From contig JAFUSD010000002.1 in the NCBI GenBank assembly GCA_017480685.1, positions 14,287 through 78,286 on the forward strand: 64,000 nt of DNA, given 5' to 3'. Under the pieces are notes generated by a model. It searched no databases. It was not told where the DNA came from and was given only the letters and a program-made list of their open reading frames with translations. The number at the start of each line of letters is the position of its first letter. Position 1 is the stretch's first letter. Below are positions 56,601-64,000 of this stretch, one piece after another. A program made the position numbers and the translations under genes. Origin of the DNA: Bacteroidaceae bacterium (GTDB taxonomy: Bacteria; Bacteroidota; Bacteroidia; Bacteroidales; Bacteroidaceae).

Positions 56601-57582
56601 TGACGAAGCTCTGCGAGTCGAAGCCGGTGACCCACAGGCGCCCGTCGCCGCGTTTGTCTATGCTGTTGTATATGTAGTTGTTCTGCGGCAGCATTCCGGC
56701 GGTGGAGAGCCGTTGCAGATGGCCCTCGGCAGAGGGTCGGAACACGTACAGGCCGCGGTAGTATGCAATTGCCCAGATGTATCCGTAGCGGTCGTCCTGC
56801 ACCAGGTGGGTGTAGAGCGTGATGCGGTGTCCGTAGTCGTCCATCACGTCGGGTTGCCGTTCTACCACGGGTGGTGTGCCGTCGTGTCCTTCCACGTATT
56901 TCATGAAACCATCGTTGCGGTCGCAGAGCCAGTAGCAGCCGTTGGCACGATCGTGAATCATGGCCGACACCTCAATGCCTTCCACCTTGGTGTCAAACCG
57001 CCCGGTGGCCACATCCAGCACCTGAAGCCCCATTCCGTAGCGCGATACCCAGAGGCGTCCGTAGCCATCTTCATAGAGGCAGAAGATGGGCCCCGTGTCG
57101 TACATCCTCAGTATCCGGCCCTCGGCACTTATGTGATACAGGTGGCGGGTGCCCATGGCCCATATCGAGCCGTCGGCCGATGCCAGCATAAACTCCACAC
57201 GTGTGTTCATCAGCTCATCGTCGCCCACGCGCTCCATCTCAAACGTGCCGGGGTTCATGCGTATGAGCCCTGCCGAGGTGGCTACCCACAAGTGGTCCGA
57301 CCCGTCTTCGGCTATGACCGTCACCTCGTTCACATCGAGAGCATCGGGGCGGAACACATTCTTGCGAAACACGTGTATTGCATAGCCGTCGTCGCGGCAC
57401 AGGCCGTTCGTGGTGCCATACCACACATAGCCATGCGAGTCTTGAAACACCTGGGTCACCTCGTTCAGAGGCTGGCTGCCGCTATGGCTGAGGGGCGATA
57501 TGCTCACATCCTCGAGCTGGGCATGCACACAGCAGGTTTCCCACAGCATGGCTGCAAACAGCACAATCAGACGTATGTTCAT
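53647..57582 (-). CDS. Hybrid two-component system sensor/regulator (HTCS): periplasmic beta-propeller/Y_Y_Y, HisKA-HATPase, receiver, AraC HTH
   Basis: 1311-aa ORF with a signal peptide. Reg_prop-type repeats (GYVWYGTTNGL, LWVATSAGL). One TM helix. H-box SISHELLTPL. The ATPase has an N box (LVSNAMKY) and GIGLSL. Receiver DISMPRMDG...KPFD. The C-terminal AraC HTH ends MFGITPGAVH. Confidence 0.92.
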   Translation of the reverse strand: MNIRLIVLFAAMLWETCCVHAQLEDVSISPLSHSGSQPLNEVTQVFQDSHGYVWYGTTNGLCRDDGYAIHVFRKNVFRPDALDVNEVTVIAEDGSDHLWVATSAGLIRMNPGTFEMERVGDDELMNTRVEFMLASADGSIWAMGTRHLYHISAEGRILRMYDTGPIFCLYEDGYGRLWVSRYGMGLQVLDVATGRFDTKVEGIEVSAMIHDRANGCYWLCDRNDGFMKYVEGHDGTPPVVERQPDVMDDYGHRITLYTHLVQDDRYGYIWAIAYYRGLYVFRPSAEGHLQRLSTAGMLPQNNYIYNSIDKRGDGRLWVTGFDSQSFVIDLDGNRIKYDTLPTLAHLTHFAPSVMALCRDGGGVYWVMQKRNNLWLYDAATDSWTDYMKLPQVNKLPLYLTQHLIPSHTHTQRVWAVYSYEAILLERQGMNLTMIKRVSTGVEQDERAGITTAYEDTGCNLWMGTRHGLYMMPHDSSLPRHIGTTDGEIADMAEDRQHNIWCAVRGQGLLKVTPGGESHLYPLGIDIITVTTAAPYIWIGTREGRVYRFDESQDEGKRYSDFTEDCGMNGESIEHLDTDCFNHLWIMTSQGVKEYNPANGAFRTTTTATPSCPLLRLLPSSVFIDPTDSLIYIGGIPGFMTLSPSKKLESKPTRVIPHITDVSVAGASVWFDPKNHARPGEITLGHNAHNITISFSSLDFANLQNIRYAYKMDGVDDDWTELDAGHNTAIYNRLPRGRHTLHIKSTDTNGLWSDAETRLYVYRQPAWYETILAYIIYTLIAIAAATTVIMLYKRHLEKQNQKKLADNITQAKMTYFTSISHELLTPLTIINLLAGRLKPQQDSDEPRLIQANVMRLKRLLQQVLDFRKVESNNMKLYVEHTNITEMLRTICRESFEPLAVDSNIQFMTLLPVHDIEGYVDRDKIEKIMFNLVSNAMKYTPTGRKVTLSATEQANILTLSVSDEGIGIEPKEQKYIFNRFYSSRKNAGTISNGIGLSLTKELVTLHHGTISLESQPRKGSTFKVELPIDAQSYDETELGEPQIDTTNIATSKTAQHTDTPNIPSHTTSLLMVEDNLELLAAMQDMLSTHYTVFCAHDGIEALDIIENEDISIVVSDISMPRMDGIQLCNTIKNDIRFSHTIIVLLTAMTGVQTQVESYKAGADAYLPKPFDTPVLLSLLESLMAGRAKMQQHFQHTAAQTSADEMEVGDIDRQFVQHAINIVEQHISESEYDVEALCSDMMMSRSTLTRKLKALTGQTPSQFIRSIRLRYAYQLLQNQTIGVAEAMYRVGYNDQRSFTLAFKDMFGITPGAVH

Positions 57583-57818
57583 GATATATGATGAGTGATG
57601 ATTAATTAATATGATTAAGCAATAAGCGGGAGAATTTCCCCCTCATTCTGCAGCTGCGGGGCGACGAAAACGGCACGCACACACGTCAAGCCTGCTGAAA
57701 AGATACGAAATAATACGATATGCAGGTTGACTAAAGCACAACAAAATGCCCCGAAAGCCCGAAAAAAACGGCAAAAGCAAGAGCATGCATCCACCTGCCG
57801 GTATCGATGGCAGGAAAC

Positions 57819-57919
57819 AACGATATCCTCGCGGGCCGTTGACGATATCCTCGCAGGGCGTTGACGATATCCTCGCGGGCCGTTGACGATATCCTCGCAG
57901 GGCGTTGACGATATCCTCA
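57819..57919 (+). repeat. 22-bp tandem array, variant GACGATATCCTC core, 4.5 units with a 44-bp higher-order alternation
   Basis: aacgatatcctcgcgggccgtt / gacgatatcctcgcagggcgtt / gacgatatcctcgcgggccgtt / gacgatatcctcgcagggcgtt / gacgatatcctca. Lies in the divergent HTCS / thioesterase intergenic region. Confidence 0.95.
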
Positions 57920-58109
57920 TTTTTCACCACCCATATCAGTGCACCAAAACACTACCACCTACTGACTGCACCGACACCCACGCCGCCGCCCGCTGCGCCC
58001 CCCGTCGTTTTTACACCCGTTATGAAGAAAACGGACACTGACAGTCATGTTTTTTTGCCTCTGCATAAAAATAATACGCAATAAACATCCAGCATAATGA
58101 ATTATTTCG

Positions 58110-58117
58110 TACCTTTG
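58110..58117 (+). promoter_or_regulatory. -7 promoter box TACCTTTG upstream of the thioesterase gene
   Basis: tatttcgTACCTTTGtctcg, 37 nt upstream of the ATG at 58154. Confidence 0.55.
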
Positions 58118-58153
58118 TCTCGCCTACCTCCATAAGGAGCAGGCACACACGCC

Positions 58154-58576
58154 ATGCTTACACAAGAAGAATGCAACCTACTGAACCACCACACCGCCGG
58201 CACCATGATGCAGGCGCTGGGCATGACATTCGTACCTACCGACGACGATGCCGTGGTGGTAGACATGCCCATATCGCCGGCCTGCAGGCAACACCAAGGC
58301 ATAGTTCATGGCGGAGCCTACCTGGCACTGGCCGAGACGGCAGCAGGAGCCGGCTCGATACACGTGGCAGGCACAGACTGCAGCGTGTGCGGCATAGAAG
58401 TGAGCGGCAACCACCTCGCCATGTCGCCCACAGAGGGAGTGGTGAGGGCCAGGGCAACACTGCTCTCGGCAGGACGGACAATACACGTCTGGAACGTAGA
58501 TATTGCCGATGAAACCGGACAAACACTGTCGACTGCAAGAGTGGTGAACCGCATAAATAAAGTAACAGACAATTGA
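58154..58576 (+). CDS. PaaI-family hotdog-fold acyl-CoA thioesterase
   Basis: 140-aa ORF. NHHTAGTMMQALGMTFV...QGIVHGGAYLALAETAAG is the typical PaaI/YdiI pattern. Confidence 0.85.
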   Translation: MLTQEECNLLNHHTAGTMMQALGMTFVPTDDDAVVVDMPISPACRQHQGIVHGGAYLALAETAAGAGSIHVAGTDCSVCGIEVSGNHLAMSPTEGVVRARATLLSAGRTIHVWNVDIADETGQTLSTARVVNRINKVTDN

Positions 58577-58640
58577 CAACATACGACAGCCATCCAGATG
58601 ATGGACACATAAACAAACAACCAAGTCCAAATATATATAT

Positions 58641-58943
58641 ATGATGAAGAAAACAATCACGACACTCATAGCCGCAGCAATTGCAATGACGGCATGTGTG
58701 AACGACGGCCAAAAGACGCATGACGACAGACCAACCGACACTGGCGGCGAGGTGATAGGCATCGTGGGCGACGGCACGTCGATGCATGCCCTCGAACTCA
58801 TAAGCCTCGACACAGGCGACTCACTCTACTTCACATTCGAAGTGAACCAGACCGACGGCATCGAAATAGGCGACACAGTGCGTGTGACCTACGACTCATG
58901 CTCAGGCGACGAGGCTGCAGTCAGTATCGAGAAAATAAACTGA
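58641..58943 (+). CDS. Small hypothetical lipoprotein
   Basis: 100-aa ORF with lipobox AIAMTAC. No recognisable domain. Confidence 0.55.
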   Translation: MMKKTITTLIAAAIAMTACVNDGQKTHDDRPTDTGGEVIGIVGDGTSMHALELISLDTGDSLYFTFEVNQTDGIEIGDTVRVTYDSCSGDEAAVSIEKIN

Positions 58944-58959
58944 ACACACCCCAGAACAC

Positions 58960-61707
58960 ATGAGACAACCATTGCCGATAACATCGCTGTGCTGCATGCT
59001 CTGCATGATGCTCATAACCACATACGCGCATGCCGGCGACCCCACCACCCCCGTGCTGCCAGTGCAGGAAAAAGTATACATGCACTTCGACAACAACTGC
59101 TACTTCCAGGGCGACACCATCTGGTATAAAGCCTACGTAGTGCTGGCCGACGACAACAGCCCCGAACCACTCAGCCGAGTGCTCTACACCGAACTGCTCA
59201 ACGAACAGGGATACCTCATGGAACGCCAGCAACTGGTGGTAGACGAGCACGGACAAGCCAACGGATGCTTTGCCGTGAGCGACACGGCATTCGCCGGATA
59301 CTACGAAGTGAGAGCATACACCAAGTGGATGCTCAACTTCGGATTCGAAGTGATACCATCGTGGAACTCACGAAACCTCACCGCTGCCAACCGCGAAGCA
59401 ATACTGAACGAAGAAAGAGACAACGAGACACAATATGCCCTGACACGCACCAACCTGGACCGCGGATGGGTGAAGTATGACGAAGAAGGCAACCCCATCT
59501 TCTTCAACGACGAGTACGACTCCGGATTCAACATCGACAGCGACGTGATGACAACCAACTACCGCCTCTACAACAACCTCTACTCAAGAGTGATACCAAT
59601 ATACACACGTCCAGACAGTGCACAAAACTACATGCGGCGCATCATACCAGTGAAAATAACAATGGGCGACTACGAAGTGAGATGGAAAACACCCGACTTC
59701 AACATAAACTTCTACCCCGAAAGCGGAATGCTCATTGACGGAATGCCATGCCGAGTGGCATGGGAAGCCGTAAACCAAAAACTGGAACGACTCAACATAA
59801 CAGCACTGCTCGAAGAAGAAGGCGAAGTGGTAGACACACTACGCCCAATCCATGCAGGACGCGGCATGTTCACATTCACACCACACAGAGGCAGGAAATA
59901 CAGAGTGACATACAGCACCCCCGACAAAAACTTCTCATTCAACCTGCCCGAAATAGAACGCGACGGCGGACGCATCATCGTGGAACAAGACAAGGAAGCA
60001 GTATACTTCGACGTGGCACAACACTTCAGCACACCACACGACCTCCAACTCAGCATCTTCTGCCGAGGCAGGAAAATAGCAACATACAAAGTAGACAAAT
60101 CGCCACGATGGGCAACCGCAACCTACCTCGACGACCTGCCGGAAGGAGTGAACCAAGTAGTGCTACACGACAGCACCGGCACCGTCTTTGCCGACCGACT
60201 CTTCTTCGTCAACAAACTATACGAGTCGAAAGGAAAAATCACAATAGCAGGAATAGCCAACCGCCCATACCAACCACTCGAACACATACGCCTCAACCTG
60301 CTCGCCACCGACCCACGCGGCAAAGCACTGGCAGGACAGACCATGTCGGTGGCAGTGCGCGATGCAACACAACTCTCACCATCATTCGCCACCGGCAACA
60401 TCATGACCAACCTGCTCCTCGAGTCAGAAATCAAAGGATTCGTAGAAATGCCCGACTACTACTTCGAGGCCGACGACGAACACCACCGCCAGGCACTCGA
60501 CCTGCTGCTCATGGTACAAGGATGGCGACGATATGACTGGCACGACATAGTGAACCCCGAAGCATCCAACCTGCGATACCTGCCAGAACAAAAGATGGTA
60601 ATATTCGGCGAAGCAAAGGCACTGCGCAAGCAACTGTTCAAGAAAGGCGAACGCAAACTACAAATTGCATGCTCAATACTCAACATGAACGACGACCTGC
60701 AAGAAGGAGACTACTACAGGTTCAAGGGAGTGGTCGAAGCCGACACCAACGGACGATTCTCATTCGCATACGACCCCTTCTACGGATACGTCACACTGGC
60801 ACTGAGAGCCAAGTTTGTAGACAAGATAGAGAAAAACAAGAAGAAATACGACATGCTCACCCACGACCCGCAGATATTCCTGCGCAAGCAATACTTCTAT
60901 CCCCAGGGACTCAAAGAATACAGCTGGTATGAGACAAACAGCCCCGACAGCGTGAAAGACAAGAAAATAACATGGGAGGACATATCAGAAGACATATACG
61001 CATCCGACTGGATTCCGCAGGTCACAATCAAAGCATCACGACGTGCACACGCACAGCGCAACCGCAACAAGCCCGTATACACCACATCCATCATCGATTT
61101 CGTCAACGACATGTGGGACCAGGGATACTATAACACAAACGACCTGCTCGACTACAGAGAGACTTCGCTGGATGCAATCATCAGTTTCTTCCACAGCTAC
61201 ACCGTCCTGCAATACATGACATCCATGAACAACGAAGAGGTGGGATGGACCGAGGTAGACGGAGTAGGCCAGTATTCATTGGTGCAAGCCAACAACAACT
61301 TCCTCCCCATATTGCGCAACATAAGCGTAGTGACCGACGCGCCACGCAGGCCGACGCCCTACGAGCACTACCACCAAGACAGGAAAGCAGGCAATGGGCA
61401 GACATACGGTGTGGACCGTGTAATCATGGTGACCACCTATCCCAACGACAGCACACACATCATTCGCGGACGCGAATACAACTTCCAAGGATTCACACGC
61501 CCGGTAGAATACTACAATCCCGACTACAGCCACGCCTCCCTGCCCGAGATTCACGACTACCGACGCACCCTGTACTGGAACCCAAACGTCACGACCGACC
61601 GCTACGGGCAAGCCACCATAGAGTTCTACAACAACTCTGTATGCACCCTCATCGATGTCTCGGCCGAAGGCATCAGCAAGTACGGGCAGTTCCTGGTAGG
61701 GGAATAA
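58960..61707 (+). CDS. Large secreted protein with an MG2/alpha-2-macroglobulin-like N-terminal module; function unknown
   Basis: 915-aa ORF with a signal peptide. KVYMHFDNNCYFQGDTIWYKAYVV...GYYEVRAYTKWMLNF resembles the N-terminal bait-less MG2-type modules of large Bacteroidota hypothetical proteins. The family call is tentative. Confidence 0.6.
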   Translation: MRQPLPITSLCCMLCMMLITTYAHAGDPTTPVLPVQEKVYMHFDNNCYFQGDTIWYKAYVVLADDNSPEPLSRVLYTELLNEQGYLMERQQLVVDEHGQANGCFAVSDTAFAGYYEVRAYTKWMLNFGFEVIPSWNSRNLTAANREAILNEERDNETQYALTRTNLDRGWVKYDEEGNPIFFNDEYDSGFNIDSDVMTTNYRLYNNLYSRVIPIYTRPDSAQNYMRRIIPVKITMGDYEVRWKTPDFNINFYPESGMLIDGMPCRVAWEAVNQKLERLNITALLEEEGEVVDTLRPIHAGRGMFTFTPHRGRKYRVTYSTPDKNFSFNLPEIERDGGRIIVEQDKEAVYFDVAQHFSTPHDLQLSIFCRGRKIATYKVDKSPRWATATYLDDLPEGVNQVVLHDSTGTVFADRLFFVNKLYESKGKITIAGIANRPYQPLEHIRLNLLATDPRGKALAGQTMSVAVRDATQLSPSFATGNIMTNLLLESEIKGFVEMPDYYFEADDEHHRQALDLLLMVQGWRRYDWHDIVNPEASNLRYLPEQKMVIFGEAKALRKQLFKKGERKLQIACSILNMNDDLQEGDYYRFKGVVEADTNGRFSFAYDPFYGYVTLALRAKFVDKIEKNKKKYDMLTHDPQIFLRKQYFYPQGLKEYSWYETNSPDSVKDKKITWEDISEDIYASDWIPQVTIKASRRAHAQRNRNKPVYTTSIIDFVNDMWDQGYYNTNDLLDYRETSLDAIISFFHSYTVLQYMTSMNNEEVGWTEVDGVGQYSLVQANNNFLPILRNISVVTDAPRRPTPYEHYHQDRKAGNGQTYGVDRVIMVTTYPNDSTHIIRGREYNFQGFTRPVEYYNPDYSHASLPEIHDYRRTLYWNPNVTTDRYGQATIEFYNNSVCTLIDVSAEGISKYGQFLVGE

Positions 61708-61826
61708 ACCGAAGAAGGGGAGTGAAAAGTGAAGACTGAAGAGTGGAAAATCTGAGCAACTCACTCCGCCTCACACACCACAAAGGAGAAAGGAATCGTA
61801 ACTCCGCACGGAAAAGAATGGAGTAT

Positions 61827-61936
61827 TGGTAGATTTACCAATAACAAACTGTAGATGTACTAATATAAAACCGTGGATGTACTAATATAAAACCGTGGAT
61901 GTACTAATATAAAACCGTGGATGTACAAATAATAAA
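61827..61936. repeat. 22-bp tandem repeat, 2 perfect plus 3 degenerate units, upstream of tdk; followed by an AAATAGT heptamer tract (61937-61968)
   Basis: ccgtggatgtactaatataaaa at 61871 and 61893. Variants at 61849 (ctgtagatg...) and 61915 (...gtacaaataataaa), plus a degenerate copy at 61827. Then tggtaaatagtaaattagtaaatagtaaataag. Confidence 0.9.
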
Positions 61937-61972
61937 TGGTAAATAGTAAATTAGTAAATAGTAAATAAGACC

Positions 61973-62560
61973 GTGTCCAACCCAGTAGATTATCGCAATG
62001 GCGAGATGATGCGTACCGGACGCATCGAAGTAGTGTGTGGCTCCATGTTCTCGGGCAAGACCGAGGAACTCATACGCCGCATGAAGCGTGCACAATTCGC
62101 ACACCAGAATGTCGAGATATTCAAACCCGCTATCGACACCAGGTACTCTGATGCCGATGTAGTGACGCACGAGGGTGTTTCCATCAATTCAACTCCTGTA
62201 GACAACTCGTCGAGCATCCTCCTGCTTGGCTCCGACTGCGACGTGATAGGTATTGACGAGGCTCAGTTCTTCGACGAGGGCATTGTCGATGTGTGCAACC
62301 AGTTGGCCCGACGTGGGGTGAGGGTTATTGTGGCTGGTCTCGACATGGACTTCCGCGGCATACCTTTCGGCCCCATGCCTGCGCTGTGTGCCATTGCCGA
62401 CGATGTTACGAAGGTGCATGCCATCTGCGTGAAGTGTGGTGCACTGGCATACGTGTCGCATCGTAAGGTGACCGACGAGCGCCGTGTGTTGCTGGGCGAG
62501 GTCAACGAATATGAGCCCCTCTGCCGATATTGCTATCAGGAAGTGACTGGTGAGAATTAA
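61973..62560 (+). CDS. tdk: Thymidine kinase
   Basis: [22 protein letters not shown]-loop and C-terminal zinc-binding CVKCG...CRYCY. The ORF-track start at 61973 is a GTG. An alternative ATG start lies at 62006. Confidence 0.93.
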   Translation: MSNPVDYRNGEMMRTGRIEVVCGSMFSGKTEELIRRMKRAQFAHQNVEIFKPAIDTRYSDADVVTHEGVSINSTPVDNSSSILLLGSDCDVIGIDEAQFFDEGIVDVCNQLARRGVRVIVAGLDMDFRGIPFGPMPALCAIADDVTKVHAICVKCGALAYVSHRKVTDERRVLLGEVNEYEPLCRYCYQEVTGEN

Positions 62561-62579
62561 TTGTTTTTTGATTTGACAG

Positions 62580-63419
62580 ATGGCTACATACGAAATACGT
62601 CCTTTACAATTGCGTCTGCTCGACATTTTGCTGGCAATTGACGCTATGTGTTCCCTGCATGGTCTGCGCTATTATCTGGTGGATGGCAGTTTGCTTGGTG
62701 CCGTTCGTCATAAGGGTTTTATTCCTTGGGATGATGATATGGACATTGCCATGCCTCGCGAGGATTACGAACAGCTGATTGTTCACTGCCGCGAGTGGCT
62801 GCCTGCTCCCTACGAGTTTGTGTCGTTTGAGACTGATTCTTCTTATCCACTGCATTTTGGCAAGGTGCAGGATGCCAGCACCACGCTGATTGAGCGTCCG
62901 CATTTGTACTATCTGGGTGGTGTATATGTGGATGTGTTTCCTATCGACGGAGCTCCCGAGGGGTGGCTCAGCCAGCGTCTTTACGATTTGCGCTATAAGT
63001 ATCTGAAGAAGGCTCTGTACTTTCTCTTCCGCGACCCCTACCGTCATGGTCGCGGTCCGTCGTCGTGGATTCCGCTGCTGGTCCGCCGCCTGTATACCCT
63101 GGCGGGGCTGCAAGGTGAAATCAAGGCACACATGATGAAGTACGACTTGCGCACAAGCCGGCTGGCTGCCGTGAACCATAACGACGGGCTGGGCAGCATG
63201 GTCGATAAGGTGGCAGTGTTGGGCGAGCCCACGCCTGTGGAGTTTGAGGGCCGTAGGGTGATGGGTATGCGGGATAACGATAGTTATCTCTCTCAGTTGT
63301 TTGGCGACTACATGACGCCTCCGCCTGCCGATAAGATTCATCAGCACAACTTTTTCTATATGGACTTGGAACATCCGTATCGTGAGTTCGACACGTCGTT
63401 GCTGGATGTGAAGGCTTAG
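62580..63419 (+). CDS. LicD-family phosphotransferase (phosphocholine / phospho-alditol transfer to glycans)
   Basis: 279-aa ORF. YYLVDGSLLGAVRHKGFIPWDDDMDIAMPREDY is the LicD signature region. Confidence 0.85.
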   Translation: MATYEIRPLQLRLLDILLAIDAMCSLHGLRYYLVDGSLLGAVRHKGFIPWDDDMDIAMPREDYEQLIVHCREWLPAPYEFVSFETDSSYPLHFGKVQDASTTLIERPHLYYLGGVYVDVFPIDGAPEGWLSQRLYDLRYKYLKKALYFLFRDPYRHGRGPSSWIPLLVRRLYTLAGLQGEIKAHMMKYDLRTSRLAAVNHNDGLGSMVDKVAVLGEPTPVEFEGRRVMGMRDNDSYLSQLFGDYMTPPPADKIHQHNFFYMDLEHPYREFDTSLLDVKA

Positions 63420-63420
63420 T

Positions 63421-63825
63421 TTACATTCCTCGTATCAGTTCTTTCAGCTCGGTCGACGAGATGCCTTCGGTTCGTGGCAGCACCACGATTTCCTTGCCGT
63501 TTGAGCGGCACCACTCTTCTGCGGCCTTGAATCCGTCGTGGCATTGGTCGGGGCCTTTGGCAAAGCAGTCGAAGTCTACCGTCTTCACTATGTCTTTCAC
63601 GTTGCGGTATACCACCACTTGGTCTACATAGCGTATGGCTTTTACCATGTAGCAGCGTTCCTCGGTGGTGTATACAAGGTGTGCATCGGGCTTAAAGGCT
63701 TTCACGACTTCTGAGTCTTGCACAGCCACAACGAGGTGGTCGCCCAATGCGCGTGCCTTGCGGAACAGCTCTACATGGCCTATGTGTAGCAGGTCGTAGA
63801 CTCCGACGGTGAGTATTGTCTTCAT
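63421..63825 (-). CDS. Cytidylyltransferase-family protein (glycerol-3-phosphate cytidylyltransferase TagD-like)
   Basis: 134-aa ORF. MKTILTVGVYDLLHIGHVELFRKARALGDHLVVAV carries the HxGH nucleotidyltransferase motif. Confidence 0.88.
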   Translation of the reverse strand: MKTILTVGVYDLLHIGHVELFRKARALGDHLVVAVQDSEVVKAFKPDAHLVYTTEERCYMVKAIRYVDQVVVYRNVKDIVKTVDFDCFAKGPDQCHDGFKAAEEWCRSNGKEIVVLPRTEGISSTELKELIRGM

Positions 63826-63862
63826 ATTCTATCTTGTACTATTATTTCGTAAGTTTGGTTTT

Positions 63863-64000
63863 TTACAGGCAACTCTCATACACTGCCATCAGCTGGTGTG
63901 CCAGTGTCTGTGGGTGGAATGCCTGCATGGCGTAGTGTCGTGCCTGCATGCCTGTCTGCCGTCGCAGGTTTTCGTCGGTAATGAGCGTCTGCATCATCTG
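63863..64000 (-). CDS. 3' end of an unidentified gene running off the right edge
   Basis: The minus-strand frame stays open to the edge and ends ...AHQLMAVYESCL-TAA at 63863-63865. Too short to identify. Confidence 0.3.
   Translation of the reverse strand, partial: QMMQTLITDENLRRQTGMQARHYAMQAFHPQTLAHQLMAVYESCL

Overview
This 64-kb window reads as a chromosomal, mostly core-genome segment of a Bacteroidota (Bacteroidales-type) organism. The assignment is inferred from three things. TAnnTTTG -7 promoter boxes sit upstream of many genes. There is a hybrid two-component sensor with an AraC output. The gene set includes N-succinylornithine carbamoyltransferase, DUF4250, DUF1599 and fused SecDF.

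Gene content, left to right:
- A small glycan-debranching cluster (SGNH hydrolase, CE1-like esterase, GH51 arabinofuranosidase, CE8 pectinesterase), with no SusC/SusD in view.
- comM, then a dxs-trkA-trkH operon, ddh, secDF, an EEP phosphoesterase with a rhomboid protease, and rpsO.
- DUF4250-xerD, a SulP permease, ndk and an M23/LysM peptidase.
- The conserved block DUF1599 / DoxX-like / tpiA / SPOR / folE, followed by dnaG and pyrE.
- A 966-aa dockerin-bearing secreted protein and a second CE1-like esterase.
- argH, an aldo-keto reductase, a flippase, argF', a PfkB kinase, a LOG-family protein, xth and a CoA-transferase.
- A 1311-aa HTCS, a PaaI thioesterase, a lipoprotein plus a 915-aa MG2-like protein, tdk, licD and a cytidylyltransferase.

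I found no rRNA, tRNA, CRISPR array, transposase or recognisable defence system.

What stands out is non-coding structure:
1. A dispersed family of 22-bp tandem arrays with a 12-bp palindromic GAGGATATCCTC core, at five intergenic loci.
2. A GC-rich family of mosaic hairpin elements carrying CCATCCGGATGG palindromes, at three gene 3' ends.
3. AAAT(C/A)GT heptamer tracts at several 5' regions.
4. Several unrelated perfect 17-25-bp tandem repeats at gene boundaries.
5. A 3.4-kb AT-rich insertion bounded by a perfect 42-bp direct repeat. It carries an O-antigen-ligase-like gene broken by an in-frame TAA, a Cys/His lipoprotein and a YD-repeat protein.

Everything was read by eye. Coordinates of non-ORF features may be off by 1-2 nt, and nothing was checked against any database.
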